The notes under the pieces: model-generated
The model's database searches: none
Seen by the model: the letters and a program-made list of their open reading frames with translations, nothing else
What the model was told of the DNA's origin: nothing
NCBI GenBank assembly: GCA_020850575.1
Contig: JADZEJ010000002.1
Coordinates: 238,511-302,510, forward strand
Origin: Candidatus Uhrbacteria bacterium
GTDB lineage: Bacteria; Patescibacteriota; Patescibacteriia; 2-12-FULL-60-25
Direction: 5' to 3'
Length of the DNA stretch: 64,000 nt
In this document: positions 1 through 10,353 of the stretch, piece by piece
Layout of the letters: every line of letters begins with the position of its first letter
Numbering within the stretch: position 1 is the stretch's first letter
Made by a program: the position numbers and the translations under genes

Positions 1-940
1 GACGAGAATTCGTCCACACTCTCACAGAGGCAGTCGTGGTGGTATAACCGACATTATCTCCGGCAACAAAACGTGGTCCAAAAACCCAATGTTGACTCGT
101 AGTCTGGATAGAACGAATAAAAACATCGTCGCTCGCAATCACCTGAATCCGATACACCCCTGGTTTTGCATCCATTTTATTTATTCGATGTACGACTTTA
201 TTTCCTAAGCGTGTATCGAGGCTTCCAGAAACACTCACAGCCGCTCGATCAATTTCTTCATCACCGTGAAAGACACGAATAACTACAATATCGTTGCCTT
301 TATTTCTATTTGCGGCCTGGAACTCAATATTCCATTCAATTTTCCCATCACTTGGAATAAGATAAAAATCGTGTGAACCTCTAAGAGAAATTGTATAATT
401 CTGCATCTGGTGTGCCGGATCCGTTAGCTGTTCGGCGGTTGTTGTTGCATGCCAAGTTGCCAAACCTTCTGGCTTTGGATCATCAAGGCGAGAATCCGGC
501 GTACCCAGCCGAACAAATCCCTTTCCGGGTATAGCCCTGAAAGACTCTGACATTAATTCGGAAGAATACAGTGGCTGCATTTCTAACTCTTTTCCATCCG
601 CATCTCGTACCATGCCAATTTCGACCAAACTTTGACGAATCGGACGAAATTCTACATAGAGATCGACCCATTCGTACGGTCCGGGACTGCGTGCCGTAAA
701 ATACACCGGGTCGCCTAAAATTCTTTGTCCAATCCACCCATCGGCTTGCTTGCCTGGAGCGGTCGTGCGTTCCGCCGGTAAAAATGGCAGTATCCATGCA
801 TTTTTTCCATCGAGAACCGTTTGAGTTTGAAACTTGCCTGACGGAGGAAATCGTTCCATGCAAAGCCAAATAATGCCCAAGAGACAACAAATCCAAGGAA
901 TCAGTGTAAGTGTTATGCTAAGTGGACGAGGAATGTTCAT
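1..940 (-). CDS. hypothetical membrane-anchored protein (3' end runs off the window)
   Basis: Absent from the ORF track because it is truncated. Hand translation from ATG at 940-938 gives MNIPRPLSITLTLIPWICCLLGIIWLC... and stays open to position 1. It has an N-terminal TM segment. Its start overlaps the stop of 937..2535 as ATGA. Confidence 0.55.
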   Translation of the reverse strand, partial: MNIPRPLSITLTLIPWICCLLGIIWLCMERFPPSGKFQTQTVLDGKNAWILPFLPAERTTAPGKQADGWIGQRILGDPVYFTARSPGPYEWVDLYVEFRPIRQSLVEIGMVRDADGKELEMQPLYSSELMSESFRAIPGKGFVRLGTPDSRLDDPKPEGLATWHATTTAEQLTDPAHQMQNYTISLRGSHDFYLIPSDGKIEWNIEFQAANRNKGNDIVVIRVFHGDEEIDRAAVSVSGSLDTRLGNKVVHRINKMDAKPGVYRIQVIASDDVFIRSIQTTSQHWVFGPRFVAGDNVGYTTTTASVRVWTNSR

Positions 941-2535
941 TCGTCTTGAGAAAAAATTGATCCCGGATCAAATCTTGAATCAATAGCATCTATAGTGTAC
1001 ATGACTTCATTTCCTGCCACGAAATCTGCTTTCGGCATAATCCCTTCGACGACCCAATCAATCACATCATACTCATCTAATTTTCTTCCAAAATATAAAA
1101 TCGTAGTATCCGGAAATTCTTTTTTAAAACGTGCGATTTCGGATATTGGTGGAACAGGTGAAACGGGTTTTGTCTGTGGAGTAAAAAATATTTTGTCACT
1201 TCTTTCTGAAAAAATAACTGTTGAAGATGTCGTTTGGTTTTTTATGATATCACGGATTGATGCGTAGCCACGAAGAGTAGCAGCCGAGTTTTGCACAGAT
1301 TCAGCGCCCCACTGATATGCCATAAGTAAACCGAGTACGGCGAGCGTTACGACATATCCTCCGCTGATAAAAATTAGGAGTGGGATACGTTGTTCTTGTA
1401 TTTTTTTCAGCAAGAGTACGACGGCAAACGGTACAAAGAGACTACAAGGCAAGAGATACCGCAAAAAAGAATTCCCTATCGATACTACATTTAACCCGAC
1501 ATGATCTTGATAAACTCCTTGACCGTACACCAGGATCGTTGTTGATGCAGTCCACAAGAAAACATAAGTCCATGGTGAAGCTTTGATCTTTTTCCATTGA
1601 AACACCGTTGTTGCAAGCAAAATCCCAAGCCATGGCCACAACATTCCAAATACATACTCTCTCACATTAAACCAAACATGCATTGGATGAAACCCAAATG
1701 GAAACCAATTCTTCACCTGTAGAGTTGGAATGACATTAATCGTGGGCGTTACGGTATCAGTCAATTGAATAACCGGATCGCGAAGAAAATACCCGATCGT
1801 GAAAAATGATCCATATGTTTGATATTGAATAGTTGCCATTACAAGAAGAATGACACTGCACGCAATTAACCAAAGATAGATAAAACGATTTTCTTGATGC
1901 GATTTTTTTTCTTGTCTGAAGAACCAAGCACATCCCATCCAAGGCAGCATCCAAAAAATGTCTATTGGACGAACGGCGAGCGCGAGCGCGAATGTTATCC
2001 CGGATATCATTGAACGACTGTTGGTTCGTTTTTCCCACATCAAGAAACCTGCGATAGCAGTTAGACAAATGACAACTAAGTTTGGAAATAAACCACGATT
2101 TGAATATAAAACAACATTTGGTAAAGCAAACCAAGTCAATACAGATAGCAACCGTATCCACATATCTACGGACTTTGTCACTCTCCAAATAAGCATGCCT
2201 ACGATAAGTACAAGAAGCGGTGTCATTAGATGTGCGAACCACGGCATACCTACCAAAACAAATACACCTACAATGAGAGGCATCCCGATAAAGCCAACAG
2301 GAACAGCCGCATCCCCTACGGTTACAAAACTCCGCGCATGCAACCAAGGGAAATGATTCATTCTCACATCTGTTAGCCGCATTGTTCCCGTTTGTGCAAA
2401 CGTCGTCGCTGATTGATAAATTGCCGTTTCATCAGGAGATAGGAAAAGATCTGTCGGACCGACAAATGCCAAACTTGATAGCCATAAAAAAGCCATGCCG
2501 AATAGTGCGATTAGACTGTAGTGTAAACGTTTCAT
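937..2535 (-). CDS. polytopic membrane protein, possible GT-C (ArnT/PMT-like) glycosyltransferase
   Basis: 532-aa ORF with many hydrophobic segments. The function is only a fold-class guess from topology and the neighbouring extracytoplasmic genes. Confidence 0.5.
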   Translation of the reverse strand: MKRLHYSLIALFGMAFLWLSSLAFVGPTDLFLSPDETAIYQSATTFAQTGTMRLTDVRMNHFPWLHARSFVTVGDAAVPVGFIGMPLIVGVFVLVGMPWFAHLMTPLLVLIVGMLIWRVTKSVDMWIRLLSVLTWFALPNVVLYSNRGLFPNLVVICLTAIAGFLMWEKRTNSRSMISGITFALALAVRPIDIFWMLPWMGCAWFFRQEKKSHQENRFIYLWLIACSVILLVMATIQYQTYGSFFTIGYFLRDPVIQLTDTVTPTINVIPTLQVKNWFPFGFHPMHVWFNVREYVFGMLWPWLGILLATTVFQWKKIKASPWTYVFLWTASTTILVYGQGVYQDHVGLNVVSIGNSFLRYLLPCSLFVPFAVVLLLKKIQEQRIPLLIFISGGYVVTLAVLGLLMAYQWGAESVQNSAATLRGYASIRDIIKNQTTSSTVIFSERSDKIFFTPQTKPVSPVPPISEIARFKKEFPDTTILYFGRKLDEYDVIDWVVEGIMPKADFVAGNEVMYTIDAIDSRFDPGSIFSQDE

Positions 2536-2563
2536 ACCTATATGCTACCTGCTCGCCCCAGAC

Positions 2564-4069
2564 ATGACGATATGCTACAGTCAAGCTATGAGTCCTTCTT
2601 TTCTTCGTATCTCACGATTTGCACTGATTATCGGGCTTTTTTCTTGTTCATTTGCCATACCTGGCATAACCTTGATTCCAGTTCATGCGCAAGCCGTACT
2701 TGATCCGGGTTTTGATCCGGATCGGATTTTGGAAGATGAAGATATTTTTGACGTTAATGGCATGAGTTATGATCGTTTGGTTCGTTTTTTGCGTTCTAAA
2801 GGCACTTTAGCTGATCACTTGGTACAAGACATCGACGGCGTTCAAAAACCTGCGGTAGATGTTATTTGGCGGGTAGCGACAAGTTATAAAATGAATCCTA
2901 AGTATTTGATTGCGGTCTTGCAAAAAGAACAGTCATTGGTTGAAGATGCAAACCCGAATCAAAGACAATTTGATTGGGCGATGGGATATGGCGTCTGTGA
3001 TTCTTGCAGTAAAGATGATCCTGCTATTCAAGATTATAAAGGATTTGCTTCTCAGTTAGAATGGGCAGCTAAACAACATCGTGAAAAATACCTATTACGA
3101 ATTCTTGCAACAGGCACTACTCGATCCGGTACAGCTCCGGGTAAATCCATGGTCATCGACGGCGAAGTTGTCACGCCTCAGAACAATGCGACTGCCATGC
3201 TTTATGCGTATACTCCACACACACATGGGAATTTAAACTTGTGGCGCATTTGGCGTCGTTGGTTTAGTCTTAACTATCCAGATGGTACGGTGGTTAAAGG
3301 TAAGAATAGTAATAAAAATTATTTAATCCGGCTTGGTCAAAAACGAGCTTTTACTTCGCGAGCTGTTCTTGAATCCATGGTTGATCCAGAAAAAATTGTT
3401 TTAGTTTCTGATACCGAACTTGCCGCATATCCTGACGGACCAGATATTCGTTTTCCAAAATATGCCTTGTTAAAGGAAGCTACCGGAACAATTTGGCTGT
3501 TAGATGATGAAGGTAAGCGTCGTATAGCTGATATGAAAGCGTTTCATAAGTTCGGTTTTAATGAAGATGAAATTATCGAACTAGATCAGGATGAAGATAT
3601 TTCAGAATACCCAATCGGAGAAACAATCTCGGTTAAAACGGAATTCCCACAAGGAATGCTTTTCACTGAAAAAGAAACAAAAAAATTATGGTATATTGAA
3701 GGATCGGTTAAGCGCGAAGTCCCACATGTTGCTTTTTTGAAATTATATTTTTCTGGAATCAAGTCAAAGGTTACTACAACTAAAAAACTTGCGAGCTATA
3801 CCACGGGTGACCCATATCGTTTTCACGACGGAGAGCTTGTTCGCGGTGTAAAGAATGCTTCTGTCTATGTCGTTGAAAATGGTCTTTTGCGCCCAATCCC
3901 ATCTGCAGAAATTTTTGAATCAATTGGCTGGAAATGGAAAAATGTGATTACGGTAGCCGATAGCGTCATTAAGAGCTATGATGTGGGTGACTATATAACT
4001 CTTGAAAGCGTTAAAACCAGAGCTACGACACAAACTACTCTTGAAAGAGCATCAAATTCTTCATCTTAG
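2564..4069 (+). CDS. secreted protein of unknown function
   Basis: 501-aa ORF with an N-terminal signal-like segment (FALIIGLFSCSFAIPGITLIPVHAQA). It contains a YLIAVLQKEQSL-type motif that I associate loosely with cell-wall-active proteins. Confidence 0.6.
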   Translation: MTICYSQAMSPSFLRISRFALIIGLFSCSFAIPGITLIPVHAQAVLDPGFDPDRILEDEDIFDVNGMSYDRLVRFLRSKGTLADHLVQDIDGVQKPAVDVIWRVATSYKMNPKYLIAVLQKEQSLVEDANPNQRQFDWAMGYGVCDSCSKDDPAIQDYKGFASQLEWAAKQHREKYLLRILATGTTRSGTAPGKSMVIDGEVVTPQNNATAMLYAYTPHTHGNLNLWRIWRRWFSLNYPDGTVVKGKNSNKNYLIRLGQKRAFTSRAVLESMVDPEKIVLVSDTELAAYPDGPDIRFPKYALLKEATGTIWLLDDEGKRRIADMKAFHKFGFNEDEIIELDQDEDISEYPIGETISVKTEFPQGMLFTEKETKKLWYIEGSVKREVPHVAFLKLYFSGIKSKVTTTKKLASYTTGDPYRFHDGELVRGVKNASVYVVENGLLRPIPSAEIFESIGWKWKNVITVADSVIKSYDVGDYITLESVKTRATTQTTLERASNSSS

Positions 4070-4867
4070 TTGCATATGATTATTTTTTCTGCAATTGTTC
4101 CACACTCTCCATTACTTGTTCCGTCGATCGGTAAAGATCAGCGAGAGAAATTATCCGGTACCATTGCGGCAATGCAAGAAATTGAGCAGGCCTTATACAT
4201 CACGAAGCCGGATACGATTTGTATCGTAGCTCCTCACGGTTCACGTTATCCAGACGCTTACTCGATTAACATGTCACCTAAATACGTAGGTGATTTTAAG
4301 ACATTCGGTGATTTTTCCACTACTATCAGCAATAAAGGGAATTTTTTATTAATTGATCATTTGCAGAGAAAGATGCGGGAGGAAAATGTTCCGTTTACTT
4401 TAACTTCAAATGAAAACCTGGATTACGGTTTTAGTGTTCCTATTTTGTTATTAACATCGCATCTTGATCCATGGAAATTAATCCCTATCACACCTTCGAT
4501 GCTGGATGGTAATTCTCATTATCAATTTGGTGCTCAACTAAAACGAGTACTTCATGCGGAATCTTCACGCGTTGCCATTATTGCGAGCGCAGATTTATCA
4601 CACAAGCTTTCTAAAGAAGCTCCGGGCGGTTACTCTGCTGAAGGCGAAGCATTTGATAAAGCAATGACAGAAGCAATTTCTAAAAACGATATCCAGGCGT
4701 TACTTACAATGGATCCAAATTTAGTAGAGAATGCGAGTCAATGTGGCTATCGACCAATCATGACGATGCTCGGATGTTTAGATGGCATAAAAGTTAAGGC
4801 GTCCACACTGTGCTATGAATCTCCATTCGGTGTTGGTTATTTAACTGCACGTTACGATATTGTTTGA
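4070..4867 (+). CDS. LigB-superfamily (class III extradiol dioxygenase / MEMO1-like) protein
   Basis: Motifs AIVPHSP, SADLSHKL and CGYRPI resemble the LigB/MEMO family. The likely ATG start is at 4076. Confidence 0.55.
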   Translation: MHMIIFSAIVPHSPLLVPSIGKDQREKLSGTIAAMQEIEQALYITKPDTICIVAPHGSRYPDAYSINMSPKYVGDFKTFGDFSTTISNKGNFLLIDHLQRKMREENVPFTLTSNENLDYGFSVPILLLTSHLDPWKLIPITPSMLDGNSHYQFGAQLKRVLHAESSRVAIIASADLSHKLSKEAPGGYSAEGEAFDKAMTEAISKNDIQALLTMDPNLVENASQCGYRPIMTMLGCLDGIKVKASTLCYESPFGVGYLTARYDIV

Positions 4868-6626
4868 TTTTTTTTCATCGCTAATGTCGGCACGTTTTGT
4901 TCGATTGATTCCAGCTATCCGCACAATTCATGGCGTGGATTTTTTTGATTATTCTCTTCCAGTAAATCATGATTTCAGCATTGGTGACATTGTCCGTTTT
5001 TACTTTCGTCGTAGATATATCGTGGGAATGATTTATGAATTTCTTGATGATTCACCATTTAAAAAGAAGATTCAACCCCTCGAAAAACAGATACCTTTAC
5101 TACGTTTAGGTGAACCGGCAAAAGATTTGCTTCAACAGACCGCTTTGAGAACCTTAACTTCGCAACCCACCGTATTATTGTCCTGGCTTAGAAAAATTCC
5201 TAAACGTGCGAAAGGCATTGAAACCTCTTCATCTAAAGAGATGATCAAAAAAACTCAATCGGCTACCTCTACGAACTTTGTACTTGACCGTTGGAAGGGA
5301 GAACAAGGTTTACTTGCTCAGTTACCCGCATCATCAGGACCAATTTTAATTTTAACACCGTGGCGTCATCGTACTGAACAAATCGCAGAATTATGTGGTG
5401 CACTTGTTTTACATGCCGATATTACGGATACGAAAGCTTGGAACGTCATTCAAGCTTTTTGTGAACATAAAAAAACCATCGTAGTCTCGACACGAATTGG
5501 CGCTTGGCTAGGTTGTGTTGCTCAAACAATTCTCATCGATGAACCTGAACACGATGATCACAAACAAGACGATGCGAGTCCACGCTACGATGCTCGATGG
5601 ATTGCGACCATGGCAAAAACAATCAGACCTGAAGTAACACTTACTGCTTTCAGTACCACTCCACGATTACAGCATGATCCAATTCATTCAGACGTACCAA
5701 CAATTGAACCCTTGCCAATCCTTGACCCATTGATTCAAGGTCATCGATCCACTCAAGTCCCCGTTTTAACAGAATCGAGTATCTATGAATTAGAACAAGC
5801 TATATTAGAACATAAACCGGCGGTTATCGTTCATCCAACAGAAGGTCTGCGCGGACGTATTTCATGTCGTGATTGCGGTTGGGCGGCTCATTGTGATGAT
5901 TGTGATTTTTTACTCTCGCATACAACTCGTGGCGCCGAATGTCGTCGCTGTGGAAAAACAACATCTATTCCTGATCAATGTCAAAAATGTGGCGGTTTTG
6001 ATTTGTCCAGAGGTCGCATCGGTAGAGATTTACTTCAAACCATGTGTTCAAAATATTTTGGAGAAAATAAAATAGCCATCGTTTCACCTACAGAGCTTGA
6101 ATCAACTCCTATTCATGGGGGCTGCGTGGTTGTGACTGATGTGCAAGGATTTAGTGGAGTTGTTGAAGATATACGTCGTAAAGAGCGCCTTGCAATCAAT
6201 CTTCGACGCTTGGCGGCAAAATGCGCAGTAAATCAAACGAAACTCATTTGGCAAGGTAAGAGCGATGTATTACAGGAATGCTCAGCTTGGTTATCCGCCG
6301 CTGGTTTACACGCTTTATGGAATACTGAACGAAAAGAAAGATCGCTTTTTTCATATCCGCCAATGACTAAATTGGTTAAGATTCTCATCGACGGCACAGA
6401 AGACGAAATTCTTAAATTTAAGAAAAAATTGAAAGATACCCTTGGTGAAACATGGCATATCAGAGGACCTTTTATTATTTTGTTTCGATCAAAAAAACGT
6501 CAACACCGTCAAATCATTCATTTGATCCCGCCGCTTGAATTATCTTCTATGACGATCGTACAAACATTACAACCATTTGCATCTCAAGCTATCTTTGACC
6601 TTGACCCAGTCTCATTTTTCTGCTAA
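4860..6626 (+). CDS. priA: primosomal protein N' (PriA-like), Walker A degenerate
   Basis: Has a DExH-like LIDEPEHDDHKQDD...RYDAR segment and a Cys-rich zinc module CRDCGWAAHCDDCDFLL...CRRCGK...CQKCGG. Sits in the classic priA-def-fmt order. An alternative ATG start lies at 4884. Confidence 0.8.
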   Translation: MFDFFSSLMSARFVRLIPAIRTIHGVDFFDYSLPVNHDFSIGDIVRFYFRRRYIVGMIYEFLDDSPFKKKIQPLEKQIPLLRLGEPAKDLLQQTALRTLTSQPTVLLSWLRKIPKRAKGIETSSSKEMIKKTQSATSTNFVLDRWKGEQGLLAQLPASSGPILILTPWRHRTEQIAELCGALVLHADITDTKAWNVIQAFCEHKKTIVVSTRIGAWLGCVAQTILIDEPEHDDHKQDDASPRYDARWIATMAKTIRPEVTLTAFSTTPRLQHDPIHSDVPTIEPLPILDPLIQGHRSTQVPVLTESSIYELEQAILEHKPAVIVHPTEGLRGRISCRDCGWAAHCDDCDFLLSHTTRGAECRRCGKTTSIPDQCQKCGGFDLSRGRIGRDLLQTMCSKYFGENKIAIVSPTELESTPIHGGCVVVTDVQGFSGVVEDIRRKERLAINLRRLAAKCAVNQTKLIWQGKSDVLQECSAWLSAAGLHALWNTERKERSLFSYPPMTKLVKILIDGTEDEILKFKKKLKDTLGETWHIRGPFIILFRSKKRQHRQIIHLIPPLELSSMTIVQTLQPFASQAIFDLDPVSFFC

Positions 6627-6637
6627 AATTCGGTTAA

Positions 6638-7129
6638 ATGTCGAAATCTCTACCACTCGTCAAAATCCCAGCAATGTCATTACGTGAACGTTCTATTGAA
6701 GTTGATCAGACTCACATCGGTACGTCTGAATTTCAATCATTTTTGGATGATTTGATTGAAACCATGATTGTTGAAGATGGTATTGGAATTGCCTCACCGC
6801 AAGTTGGAAAAAATATTCGGGTCTTTATCGTTAATGAAAAATTTGGTCCAAAAGCGTATATTAATCCAGAAGTGACGCCTATCGGAGAACCAATCATTGA
6901 AAGTGAAGAAGGTTGTTTAAGTGTCCCTGGAGTTTGGGGAATAGTGATGCGAACCAAAAAAGCAAAAGTCAAAGCTCTTGACCGCCACGGTCGTCGAGTT
7001 GAATTTGAGGTTAAAGGTTTTATGGCTATTGTGTTCCAGCATGAATTTGATCACCTAAACGGAGTGTTGTTTATAGATAAAGCAATTCGAACAGAGCAGG
7101 CAAATCAACATACGAAACAACTGGTCTAA
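6638..7129 (+). CDS. def: peptide deformylase
   Basis: Motifs GIGIASPQVG, EGCLSVPG and QHEFDHLNG. Confidence 0.95.
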   Translation: MSKSLPLVKIPAMSLRERSIEVDQTHIGTSEFQSFLDDLIETMIVEDGIGIASPQVGKNIRVFIVNEKFGPKAYINPEVTPIGEPIIESEEGCLSVPGVWGIVMRTKKAKVKALDRHGRRVEFEVKGFMAIVFQHEFDHLNGVLFIDKAIRTEQANQHTKQLV

Positions 7130-7140
7130 ACTACGCAACT

Positions 7141-8094
7141 ATGTACCGCATTCTTTTTTTTGGAACATCCGATTTTGCGGTTCCGAGTTTAAAGACACTA
7201 CTATATGATGATCGTTTTGAAGTCGTCGGAATTGTTACCCAACCTGACAAACCAGTAGGTCGACATGCTGTTTTAACTGCACCACCGGTAAAAAAATTCG
7301 TACAAAATGAGAAATTTTTTTTAGAAAAAACTTCTCTCTTTCAATCTGATTCTTCCAAGAAAAAGAATCTATTTCAACCCAATAAACTGTCTGATCCTGA
7401 TTTTAGATCATGGATTGAAACCATTGGTTTAAACTGCGATGCTTTTGTCGTCATTGCCTACGGTAAAATTATACCGCAATCGATTATCGATTTAACAAAC
7501 AAAGGTGTCGTGAATGTTCATGGATCTTTATTACCACGCTGGCGTGGAGCTTCTCCGATTCAGGCTGCTATTGCAGCAGGTGATACGCAAAGTGGTGTTA
7601 CCGTTATGCTCATCGATGACAAGCTTGACCACGGACCAATTCTTGGAGTTGCCGAGACAGCTATTTTTGATACAGACACAGGAGCTACTTTGCATGATAG
7701 ATTGGCTATACTCGGCTCCCAAATTTTGCCAGATATTCTCGTTAGTTATCTCAATGGAAAGATCCGCCCTCGTGAACAAGACCATGACTTGGCTACCGAA
7801 TGCAAAACTTTATCGCGCGAAGATGGGAAACTTGATTTTACGAAAACTTCGCAAGAATTAGAACGAATGATTCGAGCTTTTCATCCATGGCCTGGAACCT
7901 GGATGATGTACAAGGAAAAACGTCTTAAAATACACGAAGCGAGAGTGGCTCCGAATACAGATCAACAAGCCGGAACTTTGTTTTCAACACCACATGGATT
8001 ATTTGTCGCTTGCGCACAAGGAACCTGTTTAGAACTTGTATGTATTCAACAGGAAGGAAAAAAGAATATCGAAGGTAAATTATTTTTGTTGTAG
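7141..8094 (+). CDS. fmt: methionyl-tRNA formyltransferase
   Basis: N-terminal ILFFGTSDFAVP and the NVHGSLLPRWRGASPIQ motif. Confidence 0.95.
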   Translation: MYRILFFGTSDFAVPSLKTLLYDDRFEVVGIVTQPDKPVGRHAVLTAPPVKKFVQNEKFFLEKTSLFQSDSSKKKNLFQPNKLSDPDFRSWIETIGLNCDAFVVIAYGKIIPQSIIDLTNKGVVNVHGSLLPRWRGASPIQAAIAAGDTQSGVTVMLIDDKLDHGPILGVAETAIFDTDTGATLHDRLAILGSQILPDILVSYLNGKIRPREQDHDLATECKTLSREDGKLDFTKTSQELERMIRAFHPWPGTWMMYKEKRLKIHEARVAPNTDQQAGTLFSTPHGLFVACAQGTCLELVCIQQEGKKNIEGKLFLL

Positions 8095-10353
8095 TATTTC
8101 TTTCATCCTGCTTTTAAGCGTTATATTTCTTTCTTTACTTTCAAATTCTTCTAAAAATGCTTTTACAACTTCAAAATTTTTCTTTTGTTTCATATGCTTT
8201 TCAAAAATTGAAATAATATCCTCTCGTATTTTTGTATACTTTAACGAGTCCTGTTCAAGCAATTCCTGATAGGAAGTATATAAACTTCGAATACCTTCTG
8301 AACCGATAAAGCCTGTTTGTATATCGATCCCTGGTTTATTTTTTATTGTTGGTCTTGATCTTAAAAGATTTATATATTCACTTAACAAGAAGGTTAATTT
8401 TCCGCCACGAGCAATAAATTCATTCACCTTTGTTTCATCAAGATTTTTATACTGATCATAGTTGATACGTAATTCAATTGGTCTCACTACAGATTCCAGT
8501 TCCTTGGAAGAGAATGCTGATGTATCACGTATATCAATAATGGTTATGTGCTTTGGAATATGCTTGAATAACTCAGATCCATTTTTAAATGGAGTAATGA
8601 CCAGTGCTCCATTTACCATCTCTTGTATTCCATTATTAATCTTCAAAACTGTCCCGGTTAACTCATTTCCTTCCCATTTCGGATCGGCGCTTGCTTTTTT
8701 CCATGCTTCAATCAAACGTTGATCAAATACACCGTCTTTACTTGGGTTAATATCAAGACTAATATGAACTTGATAACCTAATTCTTGCACCACTTCATTG
8801 GACCATTTCTCCGTGTCGCCAACATCAAATCTGAGAAGGCCTTGTGCTATAGCTTTATTCGTTGTTTCTTTCAGTTCCTCCTTCGTATTGAAAGTGATAT
8901 CCGTTAGATTTACCGAAGCTTCACTAAATACCAAATGAAGGGTTGAAATCATGACTGCTTCGCGTGCATCTTTGAGTGCTTTTTCAACTTTTGTTTGGGT
9001 ATCGTTTTCTAAAATTTCAACCTGAAAAATATCTTCAGGTTTAGCCGTGTCTTTCCATTTTTTTATCCGTTCTTCCGCTTCTGCGCTTAAATGCACCGGT
9101 TGAACCTGCTCTTTTTCTAATTGTCGTTCATTAAACTCTGCATCCGCTAATTCACCCTGGACGATTACGTTACGTTTAAGCGGTTGATCCGTTTTTATAT
9201 CTATTAACGTATCCAGTGCTTTCGGAGCTGCCGATGTCTGTTTTGATGCACTTACTTCAATTGGTTTGCTTGAAACGAGAGACTTTTTTAACAATTGACT
9301 ATCGATCGTTGCTGACTTTTCAGGTGTATTCCCTTTTTCTTGAGCGATTGGAATAACACGACCGTCCAATAAAAATGATTTTGAAATTGAGCCAATCGGT
9401 ATCGTAACAACCGTCCTTACATGCTGTTTTACTTCATTAGAACCAAAAGAATATTTTTTTCTTTCTTGTTCCGGAAGAGCTTCGATCGCCTCTTCGATGA
9501 TCATTTCTTGAGCGTAATCAACGGAAACGCAATTTCTTTTTTTTGTTATAAAATATTCAGTAACCGATGCTTGTCCCCAATCGTAAACCGTTTCACCTCC
9601 ATACGTTTCTTGAGTCAATTCTCCTAAAAAAGCTTCATCAATTTTTCCTCGTTCTTTTGCTTTCTCTGCATAGCGTTTTGCCATCGCCTCAGCGATTTTC
9701 TTTGCTTGATCAATTTTTTCTGGCGGTGTTCCGGCTAACCGTTCCAATTCAAAAACCATGTCTTTCAGACGTGGCTGTTTTCCTTGTTCCATTTCTCGTT
9801 CAACTTTTTTTTGATATGCAACCATGCCAGCAGGATCTTCGCGCTTCTTTCTTTCTTGAACGTTTTTTTCAACTCTTTTTTTATCTGCTTCACTTTGAGG
9901 TGAATATACTTTATCGTATTGCATCCAATCCAAATGACCCTCTGAAACATTTTTTATTACTTTTTTTGTGGTTTCTATCCCCGTTTTAAACGGTTCCACG
10001 TCTTTCAAAACCGGTGCATGCGCACTTAACGCCGTTGCTAAACCAAGAGCAAACGGTAGACGAGGATATCTTGAGACTACTTTATGAATCCTTTCCATTA
10101 CCGTTTTTCGCTTCTCCTCAAGTTGTTCACCAACGTGTTCTAGTGCACTCTTTGCAGCTTGATCTATTTCAGTTTTTTCTTCACTAGGAGTCATCTCCTT
10201 TATTCGTTGTTCCCATGTCGTTAAAGCATGAGGTACTATTTTTTTTGCTTCATCAAACGTAGCAAGCAATGTTTTTTGCACTTCAATTTCTGGTGAAAAT
10301 TCGGTCGTCTCATTTAATTTCACCATTTCATGTAATTGTTTTACTTCTTTCAT
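8080..10353 (-). CDS. large charged/coiled-coil hypothetical protein, last gene of the glycan operon
   Basis: 757-aa ORF, translationally coupled (4-nt overlap) to the upstream GT2-ligase gene. I recognised no family motif. Confidence 0.65.
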   Translation of the reverse strand: MKEVKQLHEMVKLNETTEFSPEIEVQKTLLATFDEAKKIVPHALTTWEQRIKEMTPSEEKTEIDQAAKSALEHVGEQLEEKRKTVMERIHKVVSRYPRLPFALGLATALSAHAPVLKDVEPFKTGIETTKKVIKNVSEGHLDWMQYDKVYSPQSEADKKRVEKNVQERKKREDPAGMVAYQKKVEREMEQGKQPRLKDMVFELERLAGTPPEKIDQAKKIAEAMAKRYAEKAKERGKIDEAFLGELTQETYGGETVYDWGQASVTEYFITKKRNCVSVDYAQEMIIEEAIEALPEQERKKYSFGSNEVKQHVRTVVTIPIGSISKSFLLDGRVIPIAQEKGNTPEKSATIDSQLLKKSLVSSKPIEVSASKQTSAAPKALDTLIDIKTDQPLKRNVIVQGELADAEFNERQLEKEQVQPVHLSAEAEERIKKWKDTAKPEDIFQVEILENDTQTKVEKALKDAREAVMISTLHLVFSEASVNLTDITFNTKEELKETTNKAIAQGLLRFDVGDTEKWSNEVVQELGYQVHISLDINPSKDGVFDQRLIEAWKKASADPKWEGNELTGTVLKINNGIQEMVNGALVITPFKNGSELFKHIPKHITIIDIRDTSAFSSKELESVVRPIELRINYDQYKNLDETKVNEFIARGGKLTFLLSEYINLLRSRPTIKNKPGIDIQTGFIGSEGIRSLYTSYQELLEQDSLKYTKIREDIISIFEKHMKQKKNFEVVKAFLEEFESKERNITLKSRMKEILQQK

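Noticed and set aside
483-896. A 137-aa minus-strand ORF near the window start
   Set aside because: It is out of frame with, and fully inside, the longer open frame 1..940. That longer frame has a proper ATGA-coupled start and a TM anchor.
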